Shown here in pieces: positions 9,962 through 17,918 of a stretch of 64,000 nucleotides of DNA. Made by a program: the position numbers and the translations under genes. Source of the DNA: Candidatus Zhuqueibacterota bacterium (GTDB taxonomy: Bacteria; Zhuqueibacterota; Zhuqueibacteria; Oceanimicrobiales; Oceanimicrobiaceae). The stretch spans positions 26,772 to 90,771 of the forward strand of contig JAJDAD010000036.1 of the NCBI GenBank assembly GCA_029262055.1, given 5' to 3'. The number at the start of each line of letters is the position of its first letter. Within the stretch, counting starts at the first letter, position 1. Below the pieces are notes generated by a model. It saw only the letters and a program-made list of their open reading frames with translations. It made no database searches and had not been told where the DNA came from.

Positions 9962-10475
9962 GGCAAAAATCATAAATCGGTAATCGCTATTCCTTGTTCG
10001 ATATTCAAGTTCTTGAACGGGTGCAGCAGAGTCAGGGACCTGGGAAGGTGATTTAAGAACAAGGATTGGCGACTTTAGATTTTGGAAGAATAAGTCGGTT
10101 GACGATGAGGAGAGCTTGGTTGGCCTGCAAGGCTAGCATCAAGAGCATGAATCAGAAATCGTTGAGGTTATTCCTTGTTCGATATTCAAGTACCTGTGGG
10201 TGCGGTAGAGTCAAGGACTTGTGAAGATGATTTAGGAACAAGCCTTGGCGATTTTGGATTTTGGAAGAAAGGAACGTTTGACGATGAGGGCCCAGGTTGA
10301 TTTGTTACTGCAAAAAGAATGTGGACCTGCAAAGGCTGGCATCAAGCGCTAAGATCAGAAATCGCTGATCGTTATTCCTTGTTCGATATTCAAGTACCTG
10401 TGGGTGCAGTAGAGTCAAGGATTTGTGAAGATGATTTAGGAACAAGGAGTAACGATTTCGGATTTTTGACGACGT
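9962..10475. repeat. three tandem ~180-200 bp direct repeats, each containing a long imperfect inverted repeat
   Basis: The conserved core (a)ttccttgttcgatattcaagt...gatttaggaacaagg...ttggcgattttggatttt is found at 9991, 10172 and 10375. Units B and C are nearly identical. The unit ends (cctgcaa(a)ggctrgcatcaagmgc) also repeat. Unit 3 is truncated by the ferritin promoter. Confidence 0.8.
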
Positions 10476-10492
10476 GAAGAAGGCAAAATTCC

Positions 10493-10522
10493 TTGTTTTT
10501 GGAAACCTATGTTTTATATTTG
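10493..10522 (+). promoter_or_regulatory. putative Bacteroidota-type sigma-A promoter (TTG-N19-TATATTTG) for the ferritin gene
   Basis: TTG at 10493-10495, an exact 19 nt spacer, then TATATTTG at 10515-10522, which matches the TAnnTTTG -7 element. AGGAGG-like RBS at ~10583. ATG at 10597. Confidence 0.35.
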
Positions 10523-10596
10523 AACGGTGCCTGAACCGGTGCCGCGTGTGATACGTTAACATATTGAAAACAAAGGATTCTAAGGAGGACAATTAG

Positions 10597-11097
10597 ATGA
10601 ACAAAGCCGTTGAACAGGCTCTCAATAATCAAATCAAGAATGAATTTTTTTCCGCCTATCTCTATCTGTCGATGTCAGCCCACTGTGACAGGATTAATCT
10701 GCCTGGATTTGCAGGCTGGTTAAGACAACAGTACGAGGAAGAGCGCGCTCACGCCTTGCGGTTATTCGATTTCCTTGCTGACCGGGGTGGCGAAATTGCT
10801 TTGCAGCAACTCGATACACCACAGGCCGAGTTCAGCTCTCCGGTGCAACTTTTTGAGGAAGTATTGGGGCACGAACGTAAAGTGACCGGGATGATCAACG
10901 ACCTCTACGCGCTGGCGGTCAAAGAGAATGACTATCCGACCCAGGTCGAGATGCAGTGGTTTATCACGGAGCAAGTTGAAGAAGAGAAAACCGCCGGCGA
11001 CATCGTGGCGCAGCTCAAGCTCGCGGGAGATAACAGTACCGCTCTCCTTCTCTTAGATCGCGAGCTTGGCAGTCGGGCCGGTGGCACAACCGAATAG
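10597..11097 (+). CDS. ftnA: bacterial non-haem ferritin
   Basis: 166 aa. Ferritin-like four-helix-bundle sequence (EFFSAYLYLSMSAHC...EERAHALRLFDFL...E..H.E.......QVEEE). Confidence 0.9.
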   Translation: MNKAVEQALNNQIKNEFFSAYLYLSMSAHCDRINLPGFAGWLRQQYEEERAHALRLFDFLADRGGEIALQQLDTPQAEFSSPVQLFEEVLGHERKVTGMINDLYALAVKENDYPTQVEMQWFITEQVEEEKTAGDIVAQLKLAGDNSTALLLLDRELGSRAGGTTE

Positions 11098-11178
11098 GCC
11101 CGGACACGAGCGCAGAAGCGAAGGCAGGCAGGCCACAGTTCAACTAAGTAGATCACAATCATTTAACTTTGAGTTGAC

Positions 11179-11931
11179 ATGATGACAAAACTAGTTCTCC
11201 TCAGACACGGTGAAAGCGATTGGAATAAGCAGAACAGGTTCACGGGCTGGAAAGATGTCGGCCTGTCCGAGAAAGGTGTTATAGAGGCCCAAAAGGCCGG
11301 AGAGCTTCTCAGAAAGAACGGTTTTGTCTTCGATGTGGCGTTCACCTCGGTCCTCAAACGGGCCATCAAAACGCTGTGGTTGACGCTGGAAGATATGGAC
11401 CAGATGTGGATTCCGGTGCACCGTTCGTGGCGTCTGAATGAACGTCATTACGGCGCGCTGCAAGGGTTGAACAAAGCAGAAACCGCCGCCAAGTACGGTG
11501 ACGAGCAAGTGCTCGTCTGGCGCAGAAGTTATGATACGCCACCACCTGCGCTCGAAGAATCAGACGAGCGCTATCCCGGCAATGAGGCGCGCTACCAGGG
11601 CCTGCTGGAAGCCGACTTGCCTGTGGCTGAGTGTTTGAAAGACACGGTTGAACGTTTTCTACCCTACTGGCACGACGTCATTGCTCCGGTCGTGCATTCG
11701 GGCAAGAGAGTGATTATAGCGGCGCATGGCAATAGTCTGCGCGCTCTGGTGAAATATCTGGATGAGGTTTCTGAAGAGGAAATCGTGGGCCTGAATATTC
11801 CGACCGGCATGCCCTTGGTTTATGAGCTTGATGCGGAACTCAAGCCGATCCAGCATTACTACCTTGGCGATGCAGATGAAGTGCAGAAGGCCATGGCCGC
11901 CGTGGCAAATCAGGGGAAAGCCAAGTCGTAA
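11179..11931 (+). CDS. gpmA: 2,3-bisphosphoglycerate-dependent phosphoglycerate mutase
   Basis: N-terminal [29 protein letters not shown] is the histidine phosphatase RHGE motif of dPGM. 250 aa. Confidence 0.9.
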   Translation: MMTKLVLLRHGESDWNKQNRFTGWKDVGLSEKGVIEAQKAGELLRKNGFVFDVAFTSVLKRAIKTLWLTLEDMDQMWIPVHRSWRLNERHYGALQGLNKAETAAKYGDEQVLVWRRSYDTPPPALEESDERYPGNEARYQGLLEADLPVAECLKDTVERFLPYWHDVIAPVVHSGKRVIIAAHGNSLRALVKYLDEVSEEEIVGLNIPTGMPLVYELDAELKPIQHYYLGDADEVQKAMAAVANQGKAKS

Positions 11932-11956
11932 CCTGCCCGTCGGGCTGGATGCCGAG

Positions 11957-14900
11957 CTATTTCACCAGCACCAGCCTGCGTGCGGCCCGCCAGTCCCCGG
12001 CTTCAATCGTGTAGACGTAGACGCCGGAAGTCGCAACCGAGCCGTTTTTGTTTTTCCCATCCCATGTAATTGAATACTGGCCTGCTGCCAGCCGGCCGTT
12101 GTGCAACGTCTGGACCAATCTTCCGCGCAAGTCATAGAGTCTTAGAACTACGTTTGAGCTGGTCGCCAGGCTAAAGTCGATGCGGGTCCCCAGGTTGAAC
12201 GGATTGGGGTAGTTTTGCGCCAACGCAAAATCTGTCGGCACCGCGCCGTTATCACGCGGGTCCGCAACACTGACGGTTGGGCTGATGGTAAACCTGGCAT
12301 CGCTTACATCTGACGGCAAATTGCTGATCGCGCTGTTTATCCGCACCAACACACTGTCTGAAGATATGTCCGGAAGTGTCCAGTCATAGCTTCCGCTGTT
12401 GGGCGCTTCGGGATCGATTACTTCCCACAACCGGCCATTATCCGCGGAATATTCCAGCCGCACCGACTGCAGAAGACCTGAAGATTGCCACCGTACTTCC
12501 TGAGTCGAACCCGACAACCACAGTTCCCCACCGTTGGGGACCAGAAGGTTGAGACTTGAACTGATGATAGTGAAGACTGCATCGCTTTCATCCTCCACTT
12601 CGCTGTCTGCGGTGCTTGCGACTCTGACGAGCGCATTCACGGTCAGGACGTTCGGAACCAGCAACAGGAAACCACCGGAGTTTTCCAGCCGGCCGGCCCG
12701 CACCCAGGTGTTGCCTTTGTTGAGAGAGTATTCTATCAGGACGGAGTCTATAGACCCTACGCTCAGCCAGGCAATGGTTTGCGTAGATCCGCCTGCCCAG
12801 GTTTCACCGCCATTGGGCGAGGTTACCGTGATTCCTCTCCGGAGAATTGCAAACACAGCATCGGTCACATCATTGACCGCTGCGTCTGCGGCATTTTCGA
12901 TGAAGAGGCTGACCTGGTCGGATGTAATATCGGGTAGCGTCCAAGTATAGGAGCCTGAGTTGGGGATGTCTTGTGCAATTGCCACCCGCGGCGAGTCAGG
13001 GGCGACCGAATAGTACAGATTGACTGCCGCGATGTCTCCGTTTGAATTCCACGAAACCTGCTGCACTGTTTCCGCTTCCCAGATCTCGCCACCGTTCGGT
13101 GAGAGAATAGTAAAACCGGAACGAATAATGATAAAGACCGCATCGCTCTCGTCAGAGAGAGTCGGATCACTCGAACTGGTGATTCGCACCAAAACTGTAT
13201 TGCTGGTCAGGTTCGGTACCGACCACTGCAACGAATCTGTATTTGCCAGGTCATCCGCAATCAGAGACCAGTTTGCCCCCGAATTGGTTGAATACTCCAG
13301 GTCCACAAAGGGCACTGTCCCGATTGTCTGCCACGAGATGGTTTGCGATGTGCCGCCATTCCATAACTCGCCACCGTTCGGAGCCAGCAAGGCGAGTTCC
13401 GGATCGCGGATACTGAAAGTATTGTCGCTGACATCCGCGGGATTTTCATCGGCTGCATCAGAGATGCGGACCATGGCGACGGTGGTTTGGACTGGTGGAA
13501 TAAGCCACGCAAACGTGCCGCTGTTTGGTGCGCTGGCCGAGATGGCAAGCCAGGTTCCGCCAGCGTTGACCGAGTATTCGAGCTTGACCGCGGAAATGTC
13601 ACCAGCGCTGTTCCAGGTTATATTCTGTGTTGTCGCCGGCGACCATATTTCGCCGCCGTTGGGAGACGTCAGGGTCAGGCTGGGCTGCGAGATGGTAAAG
13701 TCGGCATCGCTGACATCTGACGGTACACCATCGCCCGCATCCGAAATTCGCACGAAAACACTGTCGTCGGAAATATCGGGCACCGTCCAATCGTAGGAGC
13801 CGTCATTCTCCATGCTTTCGATGATTACTAACCAGCCGTTGGCCTGGGTCCAGTATTCGGCTTTGACCGGGCCGATGTTGCCGGAGGACGTCCAGGCAAT
13901 TGTCTGCAGGGTTCCTGCCTGCCAGTTTTCCCCACCATTGGGACTCGTCAGCGTGAGCACTGAGGCCACGATGGCAAAGGGGGCATCGCTTTCGTCCGAA
14001 GGGACGCCGTCTGCCGCATCGCTTACTCTGATCAGAGCAAGGCTGGTCTGAAAGTCCGGTACCGACCAACTATAGCTCCCGGAGTTAGGCGTACTCGCAA
14101 CAATTTCCGTCCAGCTGGCGCCATTGTCTGGCGAGTACTCGAGCCTGACGTTGCTGATCGGCCCGGTGGAAGTCCAGGTGATGTCCTGAGTGCTGACGCC
14201 CGGGAGACTCTCGCCACCGTTGGGTGAGGTGATTGTCAGGCTTGAAATGCTGACGGAAAAAACCGCATCGCTCGTGTCCGAGGTTGCGGCATCCAGCGCA
14301 TCGGAAACCCTCACCAACATAGTCTGCGATTCGATGTTTGGCAGGAGCCAGTCAAAGGTACTGTCATTTGGGGTGGATGTGACTACCGTGGTCCAATTGC
14401 TGCCGGAATCTGCGGAATACTCAATCAGGACATCGGCGATGTCGCCTGTGTGCGTCCACTGAATCGGAAAGGTCGCTCCGGCTTCGAGCGTTTCCCCGCC
14501 GTTTGGGCTGGTTACTGTCAGGGTATTTGGCTGAGGCGGTGAGCCGAGGATTTCGTACCAGACGATTCTTTTGTTCTTGGTCAGAACCGCGCCAATATCT
14601 TTGTCACCATCACCATCGTAGTCGGCCAGGTTTACGCAACGCGGGCGGGTCACACTGTCGTCTAGCAGGACCCGACTGAAGCTTTCGTTGCCGTCATTCA
14701 GCCAGTATGTGATCTGGTCCGGGACATATTCGGCCACCACTACATCGTTGTCACCGTCGAGATCCAGGTCGCCGACGACCTGTGACCAGGACTCACCGAT
14801 TGCCGGAGCAATGCTACGTTCGGAAAAAGTCCCGCCGTCGTTCTCGAACCAGTCGATATCGCCGTTGTTTCTCTGGTTGCGCAGAATATCCAAATCGCCA

Positions 14901-15628
14901 TCCTGGTCCAAATCGGTTGGCAGCACGCTGAACGTACCAAAAGAACCGAGTGAGGTCCTGGAAAAAGCGCCGGCCCCATCATTTCTCCACCAGGCTGTTT
15001 TTCCGCCCCCGCCTGCGATGATGTCCTGGTCGCCGTCTTCATCGAGGTCGATGGCCCGGATAGCATGCGGGCTGTTAAAATCGTTGTCTAGCACATGGCG
15101 TGTGAAATTCTGCTCACCGTTGTTTTCCCACCAGACAATATTTCGGTTTTCCCAGACCGCCGCCATCAGGTCGATATCGTTGTCGTTGTCCAGATCGGCG
15201 GAAAAGACGCCGTGCGCGATCTGGTAGTTTTCTTCTACCAGTCGTTCTGTGAATGTTCCATCGCCGTTGTTGCGGAACCACGAGATGTTCTTTGGTACTT
15301 CCGCACAGGCCACCACATCCATATCACCGTCGCTGTCGATGTCATTCGGGTGAATTGACCAGGAGTCATTGAACGTACTGCTGATGACATGCTGGCTAAA
15401 GGAACCGCTGCCGTCATTCTCGTACCATCTGAGACCGGAATTGATGGAGGCAGCTACAATGTCGGGATCGCCATCGTTTTCAAAGTCGACGGTGACGATC
15501 CAAAACCCGGTTTGGTAGCTGGTGTCGATGTTGTGTTTTTCTGTGTTAATCTGGGCGTGGACCAAACCCGTGAAGAAGATGAGAAAAGAAAGGCAGTATG
15601 AGGAAGGCCTTTTATACTTGAAAAACAT
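11957..15628 (-). CDS. T9SS-secreted surface protein: FG-GAP beta-propeller N-terminus, eight tandem ~93 aa Ig-like repeats, C-terminal T9SS sorting domain
   Basis: 1223 aa. Signal peptide (CLSFLIFFTGLVHAQ). FG-GAP/VCBS motifs (DFENDGDPDIVAAS, DLDEDGDQDIIAGG). Eight repeats of the pattern L.L.SPNGGE.W..G..Q.I.W.S.G.I..V..EYS.N.G..W.......PN.GSY.W..P......V.VRISDA.D....D.SDA.F.I. C-terminal LAQNYPNPFNLGTRIDF...VYVYTIEAGDWRAARRLVLVK. Confidence 0.85.
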   Translation of the reverse strand: MFFKYKRPSSYCLSFLIFFTGLVHAQINTEKHNIDTSYQTGFWIVTVDFENDGDPDIVAASINSGLRWYENDGSGSFSQHVISSTFNDSWSIHPNDIDSDGDMDVVACAEVPKNISWFRNNGDGTFTERLVEENYQIAHGVFSADLDNDNDIDLMAAVWENRNIVWWENNGEQNFTRHVLDNDFNSPHAIRAIDLDEDGDQDIIAGGGGKTAWWRNDGAGAFSRTSLGSFGTFSVLPTDLDQDGDLDILRNQRNNGDIDWFENDGGTFSERSIAPAIGESWSQVVGDLDLDGDNDVVVAEYVPDQITYWLNDGNESFSRVLLDDSVTRPRCVNLADYDGDGDKDIGAVLTKNKRIVWYEILGSPPQPNTLTVTSPNGGETLEAGATFPIQWTHTGDIADVLIEYSADSGSNWTTVVTSTPNDSTFDWLLPNIESQTMLVRVSDALDAATSDTSDAVFSVSISSLTITSPNGGESLPGVSTQDITWTSTGPISNVRLEYSPDNGASWTEIVASTPNSGSYSWSVPDFQTSLALIRVSDAADGVPSDESDAPFAIVASVLTLTSPNGGENWQAGTLQTIAWTSSGNIGPVKAEYWTQANGWLVIIESMENDGSYDWTVPDISDDSVFVRISDAGDGVPSDVSDADFTISQPSLTLTSPNGGEIWSPATTQNITWNSAGDISAVKLEYSVNAGGTWLAISASAPNSGTFAWLIPPVQTTVAMVRISDAADENPADVSDNTFSIRDPELALLAPNGGELWNGGTSQTISWQTIGTVPFVDLEYSTNSGANWSLIADDLANTDSLQWSVPNLTSNTVLVRITSSSDPTLSDESDAVFIIIRSGFTILSPNGGEIWEAETVQQVSWNSNGDIAAVNLYYSVAPDSPRVAIAQDIPNSGSYTWTLPDITSDQVSLFIENAADAAVNDVTDAVFAILRRGITVTSPNGGETWAGGSTQTIAWLSVGSIDSVLIEYSLNKGNTWVRAGRLENSGGFLLLVPNVLTVNALVRVASTADSEVEDESDAVFTIISSSLNLLVPNGGELWLSGSTQEVRWQSSGLLQSVRLEYSADNGRLWEVIDPEAPNSGSYDWTLPDISSDSVLVRINSAISNLPSDVSDARFTISPTVSVADPRDNGAVPTDFALAQNYPNPFNLGTRIDFSLATSSNVVLRLYDLRGRLVQTLHNGRLAAGQYSITWDGKNKNGSVATSGVYVYTIEAGDWRAARRLVLVK

Positions 15629-15929
15629 GTTCTTGCTCTCCCTGTCCTGAAGATGCCTGGCCGCGCTGCACCGTGCGGCTCTTATTGTTTTGAAAATTAC
15701 CCCCCGCCTTGCATCTAGTTAGTATACGGTCATTATGATCGAACTGGCGAGACCGCAACGTGCTTTCGTGCTGACGAGTTTCTTCTTGCAGGTGCACGGA
15801 CTTTTGTGTTTCTTGAGCAGGTGACGCAATGGGCCACCGGACTCGTTATGATACATGTCTTTAGTAATTGCGGAGATCCTGTCTGCACCAGTATCCACTT
15901 AAATAATCGGCACATAGGAGGTCCACTTG

Positions 15930-16274
15930 ATGAGCAGCCGCCCTGTTTTTTCAGAGGAAGACATTGCGATTCTCCCCAACGAACGATCCGAAACCATTCC
16001 ATCGGCCTGGTACACACATCCGGATTTCCACGGGCTGGACCAGGACGCGATTTTCAGCCGGACCTGGCAGTACGTCGGACACACTTCACAGGCCTCCAAG
16101 GTAGGTGGTTTTTTTCTGGCTTCAGTGGCAGACCATCCGGTTATGGTAGGACAATCGTCGCGACAGGAGGCCTTTCTGGACTACTGGCACTGCAGAGTTT
16201 TGCAGTGTGAACAGGGCGTTTATCATTTTCAAAGCCTGCTAAAACAGACTTATGCCGAAAAAATCTCAAAGTGA
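15930..16274 (+). pseudogene. truncated N-terminal fragment of a Rieske non-haem-iron oxygenase alpha subunit (GbcA/choline monooxygenase-like)
   Basis: AWYTHPDFHGLDQDAIFSRTWQYVGHTSQ...DHPVMVGQSSRQEAFLDYWHCRVLQCEQG aligns to the N-terminus of Rieske oxygenases. The CxH...CxxH 2Fe-2S ligands are replaced (WHC) and the ORF stops after ~115 aa with no catalytic domain. A strong AGGAGG RBS lies 8 nt upstream of the ATG. Confidence 0.45.
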
Positions 16275-16445
16275 CGGAAAAATCATTTGGATTCCTGCGC
16301 TTTTCAACTTTCTTATAGACAGCCCTCCTCTCGAGACATGCAATGCCGGTTCGACCAGTCGTTGCTGCTTCGAGAGCGGCGGGTTCTGAGAGGGGTCTAA
16401 TTTCCGGACTTTGTTGCAGAACTAGATACCAGGGATTGTATTTTT

Positions 16446-16826
16446 ATGGACACGGACGAATTTGTACGCACCGAAGAGCTATCCTATAAAATTGTAGACC
16501 TCGCGATGATTGTAAAGCAGCGCCTCAAAAGTGTTTTTGACCAGGATATCTATAGGAATGCTCTGGTAGTTATGCTCCGGAAAAACGATATTTCCGCCAA
16601 GCTTCGCGAACCGGTAAAAATTTATTTTGAAGGAGAAGTGGTGGGGGATTACCACGTCGACCTGCTTGTGGAAGGTAAGATCATCGTCGAGTGCCGCATA
16701 TCGGATGAAATCGATAGCCGGGAACGCGCACGCATTATGACCTGCCTGAACGCATCAGGCTTGCAGCTTGGCCTGCTGCTCAATTTTGGCAAAGGCGAGC
16801 TCGAGTACCAGCGTTTGCTCAGTTAA
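16446..16826 (+). CDS. GxxExxY family protein (PD-(D/E)XK nuclease-like fold)
   Basis: 126 aa ending ...GLLLNFGKGELEYQRLLS (GxxExxY motif, TIGR04256-like). D-x(n)-E-x-K-like core (DLLVEGKIIVECRISDE). Confidence 0.8.
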   Translation: MDTDEFVRTEELSYKIVDLAMIVKQRLKSVFDQDIYRNALVVMLRKNDISAKLREPVKIYFEGEVVGDYHVDLLVEGKIIVECRISDEIDSRERARIMTCLNASGLQLGLLLNFGKGELEYQRLLS

Positions 16827-16862
16827 GCTCGTGATTTCTTGCCACCTTTCATATCCGGAAAC

Positions 16863-17918
16863 ATGGTTCGCGAACTGACGGAGTTATCTCCGAAGACAGC
16901 AGCGTTTAGATCGAGCCAGGATGTGCTACCCGCCATTCGGGAAGCCTGTGATGAGAATCACGACATCGCTACCTATCACGAGATCGGCAAGAGCGAAACC
17001 GGGGTGCCCATATGTGCGGCTGTCATTGGCGCGGGTCCGGCAACGGTCTCGCTTGTAGCCGGGGCGCATTCCGATGAACCGGTGGGCCCAGAAACTCTGC
17101 GCACACTGATTTTGGCGCTGCTTGCGAACCGCGCGCGCTTCAGCGATCTCTTGCAAGAATTCCGTTTCGTTATCATTCCCCATGTCAATCCTGATGGCGA
17201 GAGCCGCAATCAGACCTGGATCCGTGACTGGCCTGACATTGAATCGTACATTCGGAGTGTTTTTCGCGAGCTGCCGGGCCGCGACGTCGAATTTGGCTAC
17301 CCGGCCATGCGACCGGAAAACAAGGCTGTTTCCGGGTTCTTGTCCGGGTTTGCGCCAATCTCGCTGCACGCCAGCTTGCACGGGATGGGCTTTTCCGATG
17401 GCGTGATGTTGTTGCTTGGCAAAACCTGGATTGAAAAAACGGCCGGACTGCGTAAAGCGTTTTCAGCTTACGCAAAGACTCTGAACTTGCGCTTGCATGA
17501 TCACGATCGCGCCGGCGAGAAGGGTTTTCACCACATTGGACCCGGATATACCACCACGCCGGCAGGCAAAGCCATGCGCGAGCACTTTCACGCACAGGGC
17601 GACCCGGAAATGGCCGGACTGTTTCATGACAGCTCGATGGAGTTTGTCGCCGGTCTCGGCGGCGCACCGCTTTGCATGGTGACTGAACTACCGCTGTTCC
17701 TCATTCGGAAAGAAGCCGAAAGCCGGCCCGGCATCCCGGCCGCCTATCTGGAGTTCAAATCTGCTTTGCCTGAAATACGTTCCCGGCTTGCCACGGGCGT
17801 CTCAGTAACCGAGTTGCTGGCGCCATTTGATCTGCAACCCCTACCATTGGAAATGCAAATAGAGATGCAATTGTACGCGATTCAACTCTGCCTGAATTTA
17901 GTTACAGAGGCGGCATGA
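16863..17918 (+). CDS. M14-family zinc carboxypeptidase-like / succinylglutamate desuccinylase-aspartoacylase superfamily protein
   Basis: HxxE zinc motif (GAHSDEPVG). FVIIPHVNPDGE is typical of M14. Second His in SLHASLHGMG. The maximal ORF starts at TTG 16839; the first ATG is at 16863. Stop overlaps the next gene (ATGA). Confidence 0.7.
   Translation: MVRELTELSPKTAAFRSSQDVLPAIREACDENHDIATYHEIGKSETGVPICAAVIGAGPATVSLVAGAHSDEPVGPETLRTLILALLANRARFSDLLQEFRFVIIPHVNPDGESRNQTWIRDWPDIESYIRSVFRELPGRDVEFGYPAMRPENKAVSGFLSGFAPISLHASLHGMGFSDGVMLLLGKTWIEKTAGLRKAFSAYAKTLNLRLHDHDRAGEKGFHHIGPGYTTTPAGKAMREHFHAQGDPEMAGLFHDSSMEFVAGLGGAPLCMVTELPLFLIRKEAESRPGIPAAYLEFKSALPEIRSRLATGVSVTELLAPFDLQPLPLEMQIEMQLYAIQLCLNLVTEAA

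Noticed and set aside
9962-10475. Tandem repeat region as a CRISPR array
   Set aside because: The repeat period is ~190 bp with internal hairpins, not 25-50 bp direct repeats alternating with unique spacers. No cas genes are present.
10305-10592. 95 aa minus-strand ORF across the tandem repeats
   Set aside because: The translation is dominated by repeat-derived low-complexity sequence. It overlaps the ftnA promoter and probably reflects non-coding repeat DNA.
12534-14462. Series of + strand ORFs (138, 258, 79, 90 aa) inside 11957..15628
   Set aside because: These are phantom ORFs caused by the eight-fold tandem repeat structure of the sense gene. Their own translations are periodic, low-complexity mirror images.
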